A stretch of DNA of 64,000 nucleotides from Squalus acanthias (taxonomy: Eukaryota), in NCBI GenBank assembly GCA_030390025.1, contig CM059437.1, forward strand, positions 13,330,001-13,394,000, given 5' to 3'. A program made the position numbers and the translations under genes. The notes below the pieces were generated by a model, which saw nothing but the letters and a program-made list of their open reading frames with translations, did not search any database and had not been told where the DNA came from. Each line of letters begins with the position of its first letter. The stretch's first letter is position 1. Below are positions 38,734-54,004 of the stretch, piece after piece.

Positions 38734-40307
38734 TAAAAGGTTAGAGCTGTTTGACTCTCAGGATTGCCAATCACTTGAACTGTTCAATTGTGCAATTTTT
38801 GTCAGGCACTGATGGCTTACAAGACAAATCATCCTGTGAAAACGAGGTGTTCCAGAGCGCAACTTGTCCACTCTAACCTCTTTGCCTGCAAGCCAACCAT
38901 GAAGCTTACACTGAAGTCCATGGTTCAGCCCTTCCACTCTCCCAGTAGGAGACAGCCTGGCAAAAGAATCAAATTGAGAGATTTCTCCCGCTCTCAAAGA
39001 GGGCTGATTTTGTTTTGTTATGTTTTTAAGTTACTGAGATGCAAGCTTTCCTCCTCAAAGTAAATTTTAAAAAGTGAGCAATACTCAAAGATCTCCACCT
39101 CTTCGGTGTTGATGGGTAGTTCTGAAAATAATTAATATAATTCAAATGGGATGAGAAGTAAAGTACATGTAAACATGCTATAAAGAACAAAAGCGCTACA
39201 TTTCTTTTATGCTTAGCTCTTACAACAGGTGAGGATGTCTTTCTCTAACCTTCCTTCTAACCTTTATATTGAAAACCAAAATGGTTGGGGGTAGCCCGCC
39301 CTCAGTTTGGCTGGTCCTGTAGCATTTAGTGGGTGCCTTTGTCAGTGCAGTAGCAGACTTGGTATTGACCAGAGCCTTTGCTATGTCACACAATACAGAA
39401 CCAGGATGAGGCTACAGGAAGCACCAAACTTGCAGCTTCCTCCCCAACATAGCAGCTGAAGTTGGAAGCCTAGTCAAACAGTGGTGGTTCTTCTCTACAA
39501 TTTTTATTTGAAGAGGCTGTAAAACAGTGCTGCCAGCAGCAGAATCATTATGCAGCCAGTGATTTCTTCTAACAACTGAATCTAGGCAGGATTCCTCATT
39601 AATATAAACTTCAGCTAGAGCCACATTTTCCTGGCTCAGCAATTTCTATGCTATTACAGAACGAAGGCTAATGGAGTGTTGTGGCTTTCTTGCCTTTTTA
39701 TTGCAGTTGTGAGCACTGTGTATTTGCTGAAACTTCCAGGTCTCAAGTGACAAAAGTGTTTTAACTTGGACACAAATGCATGATTTCAGTAAATCTATTT
39801 TCAAAAAGGAAGAAAATCAGATGATGACAGAAAGCCTTATTTTTGATAGGGGGGAGGGGGGGGGGGGGGGGGGAGAAGCATATTTTCCTGTTGACAGTAG
39901 ATGCACACTGATATGAAAACAATCCTTGGATAAGAAATTTATTCAAAGGAATCAAGTCTGATGAGAGTAAGTGAATTGCAAATTTAATATATCATGCCAT
40001 TTTTAAAAAGTAATACATTACTCTGCAACAAATTGTAGATCTGATAGGGGGCATTAAAACTGTTTTTGGCAAACCATCTTTTGCAAGGACGCCAGTCTCA
40101 AACAAAAGGTAATCTGGACAATCCCAAATTTCCAGCTTGCAGCCGATAGGTTTCTTTTTTAAAAATAGGGGCTGGCTGGTGAGTGGAGAAAAAGACAGGG
40201 ATGGGGAAACATTGGTCATAAATAGTTGTTCCTTTAGACCAGTTTGCACAACTGAATAGAACTGCATTTAAATGCTGAGCCTGTATCTGAAGCATACTGT
40301 CACTTCA

Positions 40308-40523
<216 letters not shown>

Positions 40524-42403
40524 CTAAAAAAAATTAAAAGAGCATTTAGATGCAGGATTGGCCTGTCCCATTTTTTTCTCTTCAGCATGGCTTTACCATA
40601 ACTACATCTAGTTATTGTATATGAAAGAACAGCTCATTTTTAAAAAGGATGGTCTCTTTCTTTCTCTCTCACACATTACTACTACTGTTCAACAATTGCT
40701 GTGCTGTACTTCAGGCCATGACTTATCTGCTACCTTTTAACTACACTTTCCAAACCATTTGAATGCAGCAACTATCCCCAGTACTGCTACTAAAATAAGA
40801 GAAGCTAACAAATGTTCCTATGTCTAAAGTCATATTTAAATATAAATATATTCAGAATGTCTCCAGTTCCCTCCTTTCTTCAACTTATAATTTATAGCAT
40901 TTTACAATGAATTTGTCATACTTACCATTTTCCCCTGTAATTATCGCACAGCACTTGGAGACATTTAATCACTTTGGATGAGGCAAGTTGCTTTTCAGCT
41001 CAGGTGAACGGAAAAGCATAGCAACTCTCCTCCTTTGTGACCATTTTTATCCGATTTATCCCTGCAGTTCTAAGCCTTAATGCCAATTAGTTTTCTGTCT
41101 ATTGCCACTCATTTCACCTCCTCCCCAACCCTGCTCTAGTTCGTCATCTATTACAAAATAATTGCTTTTAAGTACTCATATGCTATTGTTAAAGTTACTA
41201 GCAAGTGAAAAGCTTAATGGGTGAATTCAAAGAAAAAAAATCTAGTTTGCCAAGTGCAAACTTAAAATAAAATAAAAATCTGGTAAGCACTTTAATGCCA
41301 TGAAAACAGAACTGCTCACAATACTGTTCTATGTGCCTCCACTTGCCCTTGAGTATAGTCACTCGAGTTGGCAGGATGTATGAACAATACTAAAATTTAT
41401 ATTAAACAAAGTAGAGGATACTCACATCACCATGTAAATTTGTAAGCATCTTAAAGTGAAATATCTATAAAGCAGGTTCAGAACACAGCTAAAATTCTCA
41501 AACATTTACCTGTCTACAGTGCAGTAGAGCAACTTGCAAAGCTTTAGGACTTCAGTGTGGTGAGCTTTTATAGTTTTATTGAACAGTGTTAAGATGTTGG
41601 CATGTTGAATAGAACAGTTGGAAATTCTTATAAAATGAGTGTTGAGTCTTAGTATATTTGCATCAAATTACATTTCCACTTAATAGGCTTATGAAGACAA
41701 TTGATGATGGATGACCTGTTACAATATAATTACTCCAGTTTCTTCTAATTAGTTACAGGTCCACTTGGAAATTCCTGCAGCTTTGTCAGAACCTTTGACT
41801 GCTTGGAATTAAATGTTGCATTAATAATGGTTTTAATATACATCACTGTAGGTGACAGATCATGTCTACAAGCAATGCAATGATTGAAGATAATCTCTAG
41901 GTCAAGATATCATGACACTGGTCAAGCCAAACGAATGCAAATACTTTTCCCACCAAGATTATGGAGACAGTGTGGTCTTTAACTGTACAGAATCACTAAT
42001 AATGTCGTTGCACCTCCAACCTGTCAATTTCTCCCTTTTTTCCTGCCCTTATTTAAGCAGCAACTGCCACTAACCTACCAAGCCCACCATTTTGAAGCTC
42101 CCCAGACGAAAGGAGCTACACCTGTGCATTTTCATTCGCCTGCACATTTGGCTGTGCTTTGCAAGTAGCATATCGCAGAGTGGAAAGTGATTGTCTTGAA
42201 CACAATAGTAAGCCTGACCCAGAGAAAGGGTCAGGACAACAATAAATGGTTTAGGGATGTGCTAGACCAATTCTTGTAATTTAAAAAGTTTGACGGGCTG
42301 AGGGTTCATTCTTGATGTTCAAAAAAATGGTACACTGCTCCATCATATTTTAAATTTATAAAGAGAGGGAGGAAAAGTTAAAATTTCAATTGCTGGAAAT
42401 CTG

Positions 42404-42581
42404 AAATAAACAGAAAATATTGGAAATGCACAGCAAGTCCATTAGCATTTGGAAAGAGAAGAGATGCATTGTTTCGGGTTCCAGTTCTGACAAAGGGTCT
42501 ACATTCAAAACATTAATCCACCTTTTCTCTTTCTAAATACTAATAGACGTCCTGTGTATTTCCAGTGTTTTGGTTTTATTT
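42404..42581. repeat. Palindromic (hairpin) repeat with ~65-bp imperfect arms
   Basis: aaataaacagaaaatattggaaatgcacag...tagcatttggaaagagaa versus ttctctttctaaatacta...ctgtgtatttccagtgttttggttttattt. Confidence 0.6.
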
Positions 42582-42623
42582 TATATTCTATTTATTCCAT
42601 TTTCCATAGAGGGAGGAGGGAAG

Positions 42624-42655
<32 letters not shown>

Positions 42656-44369
42656 GAGAAAGAGGAAAGAAAGGGAGAATGTGGAATCATTTTCACTCTC
42701 GGGAGATTGCAGTGAAGGCGGCAATCTGCTCCATTTCAAATACACCATTCCAAATCAGCACCATCATTGGACAGCAATCTCATGACTAGATTGTATTGTG
42801 GCTGCTTTCCTGCCGTGCTTCACAACTGGTATGGGTACTGCTTAGCGTCCCAAAACTGATTATCTTATGGGTAGGGTGCATCACGAAAACCTCAACCTAA
42901 TCACAAATTCATTGATGGGGAGTATTTTTAATTTCAAGAATTTTGTATTCATGCTTTCCAATTTGCTGAATTCAACTGTCAGTAGTCTCCCCCAAGATTC
43001 AGGATCACCTCAGACTCCACTAGTACCAGAAATAAAGAGCTCTCTTTACTATAACTTTAAGCTCAAAAGTTTTAAAATATTGTTGCAAAATGGAAGAAGA
43101 CCATCACCTGGAAAGACTAAAGCTACAAGATCCAATAGAATGCATTTCATCACTTTGTTTGGCGGGAGGAGAGCGGGAGGGCGCTGAGGGAAGTAATTTC
43201 ATTATGCTTTTTTTAAAAAAAACATTTTTCTTTCATCAGTAAGTACTGACGATATTGGGAAAGGAGCTATCAAGCCTCGAGAAAGCTGAATTAACAATCA
43301 ACATGCGGCATGTTTGTGTATATTATTTAGGTGCATTACACCATGATCTTCAATGACTCCCTTGAGCTCCTTACCCCAAAGACTTCAGTACATAACATTC
43401 TCTGAAGTTAATATTTTTAAAACATTGACAGAAACAAAAGGGGGAAAAAAAAGGAAATAATGTCTGGTTTGTAAAGTGACCAATAGTGACGCGCACTCTT
43501 CAAAGATCATGTTTCCACATCAGGATCTTGGTTTTTTTTTAAAATCCAAAGTGAATAAGTTAAACAGATGTTCTTCGCAAATCTTTACAACTTTAAAAGC
43601 AGAGCGCTGATAATACAATTGATGGTTTAAGGTTAAAGGAATGATTTAACCAACATAGGTGATGCTCATTCGGTTCTCTCATCTTGCTAGGCTCAGTAAC
43701 TTTTCCAAACTAGTACCTCCAATTATGTCATCAACATAGTTTAACTTTTCTTAAATAGAACCAAAGTGGACAGAAAAAAAATATAAATTCTCTGTAACCA
43801 TTTCTTTTCATGCCTGATTTCAAAACAGTACAAATTGGGTTTCCAACACAAATTATACAAAAAATATTATTCTGGTAATAGTATATAAAATGGCTGCAAC
43901 ATCACTTAATTTTTCAATTTTGTATATGCAAAGTAACCAGTTGGCATAATCCAATATATTCCTGCGTATATGCAGCACATATTTCCTTTAGATAAGACAT
44001 AGTGAAAACAAAATTTTCATAATTGTGCATCTAGAAATTAAGTCTAGTGAGCATAAAATATTTAATACCATGATACAGAATTTACCCTCCAATTTCACCA
44101 AATTTTGACTTTGCAGTTTGAGATAAAAGAACATTGCTACATTTGAAGCACTATCAATACAGGGATTGCTCTCGCTTCACACATTAAAAAAAAAATTAGG
44201 GAGGAAAGAAATCTTCTTTATGGTAGAATAGATGGTGTTCCCGATATATAATAAAAACTTCCGAGCTTCCGCCATGGCTCAGAGTTTATTCAGTCAGGAC
44301 CTGGAAGGTCAGGTCGAGATCTATCAGACCCGATAATAACTTGAAACCAGGAAAAGAGCGGGAGGAAAG

Positions 44370-44966
44370 GAAGAATTTCGGATGGGAAAGGAGGATTTTC
44401 GGATGGGAAACCCGGAATTATGAGTTTCCCCGCAGATCCTGTTGAAATGAACAGCAGGACCTGTTGTAGATTTTAAAACAGGTTTCCCGCCCGACAGCCA
44501 GCCAGATTAACAGGCTCTGTCTGTCTGCCGGGCTGGAAAGCAGCCGGGGAGCAGATGTCAGGTAAGTCCAACATCACTGGAGGGCGGGGGGGCTCGACTG
44601 ATCGCGGGACGTTTTAGTGGTAAGCTTGATGGGCTGGGGGAAGCACTTCCTGCTCTTCCTGGCCTACAAACAGTGTAATAAAGGCACTTACCTGTTGGAT
44701 CTGGCCCTTCACGCCTTCTTTCCTCTGCTGGGATTCCCGAGGCCCGGGAATCACAGCCTGCAGGTGTTAATAAAACGAGTTAAAATGGAGGCACGCGGCC
44801 TCCTTAAAAGATTTTATTGGCTGACCCGCCTCCTGAGAGCAGGTTGGTCACCTGCCTCCCGACCCGTCTCCGTTAAAACCGGAAGTGGGCGAGTTGGAGT
44901 CTGGTTTCCCGCATTTTTTTTATTTGTTATCACCCCCACCCGCCTTGGGAGGTTAAAATTACCCCC
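44370..44966. mobile_element. GC-rich non-autonomous DNA transposon remnant (Harbinger-type right end)
   Basis: GC/CpG-rich island ending sharply in ggttaaaattaccccc, the same GGG..AATTTT TIR class; left TIR not seen. Confidence 0.55.
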
Positions 44967-45039
44967 GAAGTGTTTGTTGAATTAACAGGTCTAAGCTACA
45001 CTGTGGTGACAAGCTACAATTGATCCAAGTACCCCTTAT

Positions 45040-45200
45040 TTAGGGAATGGAAAATCAGCAGAGTTTTCCCCTCCTGATCACTATCCAGCAATCCCTGCTG
45101 GAACTGAGTGTGTGTGGACATCAGGTAAGAACTGGATTTGGATCATTTGTGATGCCTGCACAGTGAAATTGTTTACCAGAACCACCCAGACTTGCATCCA
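45040..45200 (+). mobile_element. Ancient SINE copy (AmnSINE2-like, tentative)
   Basis: aaaatcagcagagttttcccctcctgatcactatccagcaatccctgctggaactgagtgtgtgtggacatcagg, the core shared with other copies. Confidence 0.55.
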
Positions 45201-47777
45201 GTTGGGATACTATTCAGTTGGGAGGATGTACTGGACGACACCCAGCATCCATAGAACCGTACGTACCCTGTCAAAGTGCCGATACCTTCAGGCGGATGGG
45301 AGAAAAATTGTTTAAAAATATGAATTTTAAAAATAAAACGTTGTTCTTCTCCCTCCCCAAATACACCCCCATCAGGTCACTGAGACTGCTCCAGGATTGG
45401 TCATGTATTTTAGGTCAGTACTAAGATTGGCCAGCTTGAGTCCGTTTTGCCGAGAAGAGATTTTACCTATGGTCTCATCACTGATGCCCTCGAAGTGGTT
45501 TCCAGCTGTGCATGATGTACCAAACTTCAAGTCTCTATTCTTGGCGGGTGGGAAGAGGCAGAATATGTACCACTAGGCAATTTATTTTATATTAAATAGA
45601 TATATAATGAAAGCACTATGACTTCCTGCCAGTTTACAGAAATGCTCCCCTTTGTTTTCTTAGTTATTTTGAGGCTTACAGAGTAATAAACATGCTGATT
45701 ATAGTATCTTCCCTGTAAATGGACAGTTACTAAAATTACATTTTTACAACATATTCCTAAAGTAAGAGGGGTCTCATTTTTGTGTTATATATGTGTTAAA
45801 TTGAGATGGATTCCCACCGAAAACTCTTAGAAACTGCCAACTTAGCTATTGTGTGGAGAACATTATATGGAAACGAATCTGAAAGGGAGGAACAGGGAAG
45901 AGGAGGAAAGAACTGTGAATGCAGACTCACATTAGACAAGCTTTTCTTCTATGAATGCAACCTGGTAGATCGAAGTTAGGACAGCACCCTTTCTGATGTG
46001 TTATTATATCAGTTACCCAAATACATAACAGCCAAACTAATCTTCCAGGAACTTGCATTGCAGAAATGAAAGTCAGAGTCAAGTATAACTGTTGCACCCT
46101 GCCTTTATCTCCAAGTTTCACTGAAAAAAATAATACAAATATAGGATAACTCTCTTGCCTCACATGGAGAGATTTAACGAAGTCCAGTCTCAATCCATTC
46201 AGAGTTGGCATATTGTAGCAGTATGCTCTTCTGAAGCACACTGTTGAGGCAGTATGCTTTACTGTACATTTAAAAGTGCTATCATCTGACCTGGGAGCGT
46301 TTGGTGCCATCATTGGGAACCCAATAATCGAAAATGTTCCATCTCTTTCAAAATTGTAACAACAACAACTCTGGAATAGGCAACCATAAATACTATGCTG
46401 TACTAAGAATTTCTGCATTACTGACTATGCAAAGTGCTGAAGTACTTATTGCCTCTCACCACCACCCTCGCCCCCCCCCACCCACTTCTGTCACCTCGCA
46501 ATTAAATTAAATCCAATATATTGAATCAGTTTGGAGCACAAAAATACCACTGGCAAGTGCAACAGCCAAAGCAAGTGATAACATATGATTCTTAAGAAAA
46601 CTCTCAGAAATATTTAATGCTTCCAAGGTGTCAAAGTCCTTCACCAATTTATTAATCATTTGGTGGTCTGTACAATTCAAGTGAAAGACCTATTAATACT
46701 GTCTATCTTGAAAAAAAATATTCTCTTGCCTTCTCCCACTGGAGAGCAGCAGGGGGGGGGGGGGGGGGGGGGGAAGAAAGAGAAAGCGATGAATAACTGC
46801 ACTAACAAATCTCACACCAAAGAACTCTGAGCAGAAGGTAAAGAGAAGGGCAAGAAAATTAAACATCAAGTACCAACAGTATCTTCGTATGTAGACTAAT
46901 ATTTGGAAGGAAAAACAAAAGGAATATTTACAGAAAATTAAACAAGGCAGGTACCAGCTATCCCAGATTTTAGCTCTTTGGTCCTGATTAAGAGGTTACA
47001 TCCAACATTCCATGGGTTCTTTCTGTAGAGCTGCTTAATTCATTCCAATTAATACTCATTCCACAAACTTACACTTAGAGCCCTAAAGAGATTTCCAGCA
47101 CATCTGGGCTACATTTAAGCACAAATTCCAAGGAGAAAAGAACAGTGTTTTAACTCAGTGCCAACACTGCATCATAGGTACATGATTACTCAGCGTCTAT
47201 TAGACGACAAAGATGGCCAGTGAACATAAAACAACCAAGTGCTGCACAAATGCTGTTCAACTAATCCAAATAATTAAACGGCCAGCTTGGAGCTGAAAGA
47301 TAGCTGAATACTTGCTCACAGGTATGTAGCAAAACAGGCTAATACTGAGCCTTGAGCCAGTTTGTTGGGTTTTAAATTTGTAACAACTGCGTGTCTGATC
47401 TCATAATCCTACCTACAGTATAAATATGTTCTTTTGATTTAAATGGTTGCAGGTTACCACAGGGTTGTCATGGAGGATTACACGCAAGGGTTCAAAGAAG
47501 ATTCTGAAATATGGATTATGCACTGTACCCGATCCATTGCATGGAAATTTTAAATTAGGTGCCAGGGCTTCCACGGCCTTGCAAAGGAACTGCTGGTTCT
47601 CGGGCAATATAGTGATTAGGTCAAATGCATTAAACCACAATATAAATCCATTTCTCTACATGCTTCACTAAGCCTTTCCGGCAATCATTCTGCTTTTCCC
47701 AAAACTACTCATAAGCAAAAACTTATTTGAACCCCTGCTTATAAATGCAAAAGTTATCGGACTGAGCTCCACACTCA

Positions 47778-47900
<123 letters not shown>

Positions 47901-48309
47901 CTAGCAAAGAGGGGAAGAAAAAAATTGGAAAAGCAAATAAATAAATACTTGAATATTAAAATAAACTGCAATTATACAACTATAAAAAACAGTAGATCCT
48001 TGCTTTACTTAATTACAAAATTAATGGGCAGGAAAAGACCAGCTTGTCCATCAAGCCAAATTTCCCAATGGCAGTTCACCTCTGAGTAAATGAGAATTCA
48101 TGTTTAGATTCCAACTCCATGGCAGATAATACAATGAACTCATAACACCATTAAATAACAAATAAATTGACAACAAATACAGATCATAAAGAATTCCTGG
48201 ATACTACCGAGCTGCTTTATTGACCACAACTTCGTGTCCTTGCATCCTGAATTGTGCTAGGTTATTAATTCTCCTATGCAATTTATTTCAGATGACTATA
48301 GAAGATACA

Positions 48310-48690
48310 GCTCAGCTCAGTTGGCAGCTCTAACTACTGGGTCAGAGGTTACGGGTCTGAGCTCATAATTTAGGCTGGGAATTCCAGTGCAATGATTAGC
48401 GATTTCTACATACTGTGCTTCGGAACAGACATTAAACTGAGGTCCAGATGGACATTAAATATCCCATAGCACTATTTAATGAAGAATAGAGACTCTTTTG
48501 CAAATCTTGCTAATATTCCTTCCTCAACCAATACCACCAAAAGTAATTAATTGGTCATTTATCATCTTGCTGTTTGGGTAATGTTGCTGGTGCAGAATGC
48601 TTTTGTCTACATAATTGTTATTGCACTTCAAAAGTAATTCAATGTGTGAAGCATCTTGAAATTTTGTGATGTGATATGGCGCTATAGAAA
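48310..48690 (+). mobile_element. Decayed Deu-domain SINE (SacSINE1-like)
   Basis: gctcagttggcagc head; gacattaaactgaggtcc...cctcaaccaataccaccaaa...ggtcatttatcatcttgctgtttg Deu core; L2-like tail ggcgctataga. Confidence 0.6.
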
Positions 48691-50084
48691 AGCAAGAGGT
48701 GATCGCCTCATACTGCTCTTAAGGATTTAGCGGTTCAGTAATGGGAGTTAATGAAAGATATCAACAATTTATATGCAAGGCCTTGTATTTCTCTCCGCTA
48801 GCACACTAAAAATACTCATGGCATTGGTCGTCTCATAGAACTTGCTACACTTGACATTTCACCATCAACCCTACAATACCCTCTTCAGAGATTCTACGGA
48901 CTAAAAAAGCCTTCAGGAAATTTAATTTGTTGCAGTTAAAATTTCACAAACAGAGAAGGGACTGTGAATTTTAGACTCCACTGCATATAATTTCATAGCT
49001 GTTTGAGGAAGAATAAAATTTGTATTTAGATTTGTTTTGGCACTGGCAATGACTGTACACACAATCCATTCCCTGGATGCTACAGGACATTCACACAAAA
49101 GGATTAATACTGTTGTCTAGTCACCAATTGGCAGCTCTAACTACTGGGTCAGAGGTTACAGGTCTGGGCTCCTAATTTAGACTGGAATTCCAGAGGAGAG
49201 ATTTCTGGCTTTATCAGAGATACTGAGCTTCGGAACAGGATCCAGCCAAGGCAGTTTTAATTTAGAAATAACCTAATGATTACTGAGAAATTCTATATTT
49301 GGTAAATAAGGTTATATTATCTGCAATTTTCTTTTAATGTGTCCTCTACATGATAATAGATTGGCTCAATCGTTTACAGGGGAAAAACTAGGAGGATCAA
49401 ATCCAAGGGAACTTTAAACATTGGCTTAACAAAACGGCCACAGCTCTAGTAGAATGCATTTTAACTTCACTAGGCAGTTTTCTACCTGCCAATAGGTAAA
49501 GGAAAACCTCAATAAATCACCTAGCTACAAAAAGGGCACGGGTGTCCAAACTGGGGCATTGGCTCCTGAGCCCTGGCAATCCAGCCAAGGAAGCTGAGGC
49601 AATTCAGTCCTATTAGCACTTCTTTCTGATTTTCTGTTTTGTGAATCTTGTAGCCCTGAAGATTTGGGAAGGGCTGTACTAGACCTGCTTGGCTCACTGG
49701 CAGATAAATCCTAAATCAAAACATCAACATTTGTTATTATTAGCAACTGGAGACATTCAAATTAACGAGAGCATGGATTTAAACTTCCTGTGTGTCCTTC
49801 ATGGCTCCACGGGTATGCACTTATGTGGTCCACAAAGTCAAAATGCTTGGACACCCTGCAGCATGGGTTGTAATTTGGATTCGTTATAGTTCTGTCAGCT
49901 GGTGTATAGTCAAAAATGCTCAACTTCCAACCTTCAATGTGCTCTGCACAACATGGTCAGGCACATGACAGAACCAGAATTTGAAAAGTTGTATCCACGA
50001 TACTATATTCCAATTTAGAAAGAGAGTCAGGCTCCCCAGATGATTAATTTGCAAATAGGCCTCATGATATGGTAGCAAATGAGT

Positions 50085-50345
50085 CACTAGGACCAGGAAG
50101 GTCCCAGATACAATACCCAATCAGCATTAAGTTATCCAGTCTTTATCCCCCGATCGCTATCCAAGTCACCCAGGATCAAGCTTGGCGGCAATACCTTCTC
50201 ACAGTCAAATATCTTACAAACATTTATTAATTGGGCTCACACATGAAGAACGACAAGCTACTGGAAGGTTGCTAGTGCCCATGGAACAGTACCCCAGACA
50301 TGAGTCACCACCTCCAGGAAATGAGGGGAGATATTGAGAAAAAAA
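50085..50345 (+). mobile_element. Ancient SINE copy (AmnSINE2-like, tentative)
   Basis: accaggaaggtcccag...gatcgctatcca...cacagtcaaata...ggctcacacatgaagaa...cccatggaacagtaccccag...aggggaga. Confidence 0.6.
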
Positions 50346-50518
50346 TGATACAGCTGAACTTTAAAAAGTAACCCACTAGCCAGCAAGATGAAGTTCAATT
50401 TACAGACCAGATAAAGCTTTCTAAAAATGGGCATAAGAAGCTAGATAGTGCCAACATACATTTCTTCATCCATCTCCCACACCCAAGGAATGTGGGAAAG
50501 GACTATTTAAAAGGACTA

Positions 50519-50674
<156 letters not shown>

Positions 50675-51870
50675 CTGTAAAAAGGTGAACACATTAGTTA
50701 TTTAAAGGGGGCAGTTTGTGGTTTTTGGCCATTTTGTGTAAGGTAATCAAAATATCTATCTGGCTCCCTTTAAATTCAATTTAGAGGATGGTGAAGGAAT
50801 TTTATTACCTTCTAATAGAAAACTATAGTTTACGATATTAAGTGCTTAAATGTGTAATACCAGTTATTGTATTTTGCTGGAAATAAGATACCAAATATAT
50901 TTACTAGATGCCTTTCATCAGCTTAGAAATCCTACAACATTCAATAATCCGATAACAGATCGACAGCATCAAGCATTAGGCCAAGCCTGCTGGAATTTAA
51001 TTCAACTCAATTCACCTTTAACAGACAAACTAGCCCATTCTTCTTAATTTCCAGAGCTGGATTTGAACCAGAGTTTCCAATTGTTGGATGCCTAAGCCTG
51101 TGCTACCCAACTACAGTCAAGTCATCCAGGTAGGAGAGCAGCCCTAAACTAAACCTATTTGTTCAACATCAGAATTTGGGGCAGAAAGAGGAGAAATATA
51201 TTACCAATACTGGGTGTACAGTAAAACCTGATAACGTTACAGATCCACATCCTACTTACCATAACCAAAATGGTTTATAAATCGTGTTGTCATTATAATG
51301 TGTCAAGATTCTTTTGAAATCAGCTTTAAATGTTTACCATTTGATTCAGCAAAAATATTTTCAACTGGAAAGTTTCATTTAATACAATAAAACATCTTTT
51401 CACTTTGTCAAAGAAGAAAATAGCTATATACTACATTTAATCTCGGTTGCTCTTAGTCAACATTCTTTATGCTTCAAAGCTGGCTAAAGGTAGCTTGGAA
51501 AGAGATATTGTGGAGAACTTTGTCTGATGTGATACCATGATAAAGTGCCCCCCAACAACCCACCAATCCTATTCATGTCATCACCAAGTGCTGTTTCAGG
51601 TTAACAAAAAGTCCAACTAAAACATATGCTAGCATGTTTCCATGCTACACACACACACTTGCCCCTCCAAAACAATCAGCACAGACAATGCGTCGATACC
51701 TGTGCTGCTCAGGCCAGATGCCGGTGTACCAATACAACTTTTCCACTAACATGAGATCAGCTCATTTGAATATGTATTGCTCATGATGCAACAGGCCTGC
51801 AGTTTTGGGTGACAGTAACTAGTGAAGAGTTGACTATTGTGCACTGGAAGGTTTTGTTTGGAGGGGGTGG

Positions 51871-51871
<1 letters not shown>

Positions 51872-51915
<44 letters not shown>

Positions 51916-51951
51916 AGGGAGAGGGAGAGGGAGAGGGAGAGGGAGGGAGAG
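51872..51951. repeat. (GA)n/(GGGAGA)n polypurine microsatellite
   Basis: Read directly from the sequence. Confidence 0.95.
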
Positions 51952-52429
51952 ACGAGCAGAAGAATTTTTTCGCTGTTGCTGGGGTCTCTCCACCAGGTGC
52001 TGTGCGCCTAGAACACTGCTAAGGCATTTGCAATTGTATTATGGAAAAGGCCGTCATTTCTATGTCTCTATTGAGCCCTGTCTCTTAGTGCCGTCATTCT
52101 AGTTGGCCATATTGGGCTTTGCAGAGGCCACTGAGCACATTGAAGACTTCGAGCTTATTTGCCTAATGATACAGGAAACAGACACCCAATGTGTTACAGT
52201 GCAGACAGCTGTCATTACGTGCCTGCAAAGGTACAGTGAGCGAACCACAACACTCTGCAGGATGAGTGTATCCCAGCTGCTACAAAATAGGCAATATTAT
52301 TTAATGTGTTGAAGTATAATTAAAATAAATATTTCAGCACCAATAATTGTGTTATTAGTGTGGGTCATCAGGATTGCTATTCCAATGAGAATAAGTCATT
52401 AACACCTCACTGAAATGTTTGTTTTCTTT

Positions 52430-52740
52430 TTCTTCCCCCTCCCTGTGCCAATGATAGTATTGACTCCTGGGTTTGGACACCTTCCAGTCTCACCCCACTA
52501 TTCATGCAAAAGCCTCAACAGTACTGGCAGGCTAAAGAGCATCATAACCAAGCCCACTTTCATCACCTGATGTTCAGATGTCACTGTGTTGCAATAAAGA
52601 GAAAGACCTCAGCCAAATGTCCCCCCTCGAACCCATGTGCATGAAGGTCAACGGTCGTATCCCTACTGCTCATCCAGCCAAGGTCAGCAGAAAATCAGGG
52701 ACTGAACCTTGGACATCCCGGTTTATGGGGTTCAGGCACT
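52430..52740 (-). mobile_element. Ancient SINE copy (AmnSINE2-like, tentative), highly decayed
   Basis: ttgactcctggg, tattcatgcaaaagcct, tggcaggcta, catcacctgatgttca and gggactgaaccttggac are reverse complements of family motifs. Confidence 0.45.
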
Positions 52741-54004
52741 CAAAAAGGTTAAACTCAGGTATTGCAGGAGCCCGAGAGATGCTTCCAAGCAAGTTCAGGC
52801 AGGTGAAGCCTGTTCTGAAGACTCCCATTATAACCACCCCATGTTGGTTACTCGGGTGTTATGATAGCTGCAATCACTGATGCAATGTGAAAATTTTGCT
52901 ATGTGGCTTCTGCATCATTGAAGCTGCAGACATAATGACATCCTTTAACATACTCGCAATTGTTAACTCAGCAAATTGTTTTGAAAGGAAGTTTACCAGA
53001 CACCAATGCCCTTTAAAATAGATTTTCCTGTGGCTAGAGAAAGTTCTAATTCTTTTTGGATACGTGCACTAATCTCTGAAGAGACTCTCTGTAAGCAGCA
53101 GAATGGTAGGTTATGATCATCAGAAATTGCATGCACACTTCAAACTTAGCTGTCAAGGTTTCATTCTCTATATCAAATTCTGCTGAACTACAGGTTGGTA
53201 TTCTGACAAATTCTGTTTGTGACTAATTTGTTGCAAGTCTGGAGAAGTGGCAAAAAAAACCACCAACATGCTGCAGACTGCGATGCAGTACAGCTGTCAA
53301 AAAGGCATCAAAGTAGGCTGCAGAATTCTCCCTTATCTCACTCATGGAGATTGAGGCACCACAAGACCAGATAATCCAAAATGAGGTCATAACACCAAGC
53401 TAGAGAATTCATTCTTTAAACAGTGCATTTAAGTTAACTTTTAACATTTGAAGAGGCTGCTAAGCCAAGATAGGACATGGTTGCAATGTGTTCCTCATGC
53501 CAGCATGCGTCAAAAGCTACCTGCAAACTACTAGTGCCCAACATACAGCACATTCATGAAGAAAGCTTTCCATCTCAAATACACAAATGTTAAAAAGGAA
53601 CAAACGTGCAAGTGTATGCACATTATTAAAGCACATAAATGCACTGCAATATATTTTAAATGTAGCCACAGGGTGCTGTGGCCAACACAAACAGCTGCTG
53701 CGATTGCTACAACCCTGCCCCCTTTTAAAAGTTGCAGCCTACATATAGATTGGAGGTGACCTGATTCTTTTCAAAGGGAAAACGTTTTGCTTTTCTAAAT
53801 TGACAGAGCGCTACGCAATAATGACACCAACTATAATACCGAAGAACCTTTGTTAAATGTTAACCTCGCCAAATAAGTCATTGAGAAGTAAAGTTCAAAG
53901 AAATAAAATAGGACTTAGAAAACTAACAAGACTGTCAAGGCTTATATGTTGAAAAATGGCCACTCAGGTAAGTTACCAGAGTGATACTGACAACTGTGGA
54001 ACTA

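Noticed and set aside
38821-38956. Possible stop-containing cassette exon between SPOP exons 3 and 4
   Set aside because: Reasonable acceptor but only weak donors; expected by chance in long introns.
45927-46418. 163-aa minus-strand ORF
   Set aside because: No ATG start, domain or exon structure; likely a chance ORF.
51252-51265. Strong minus-strand donor ATG|gtaagt upstream of the first coding exon
   Set aside because: No convincing acceptor or promoter to define a non-coding exon.
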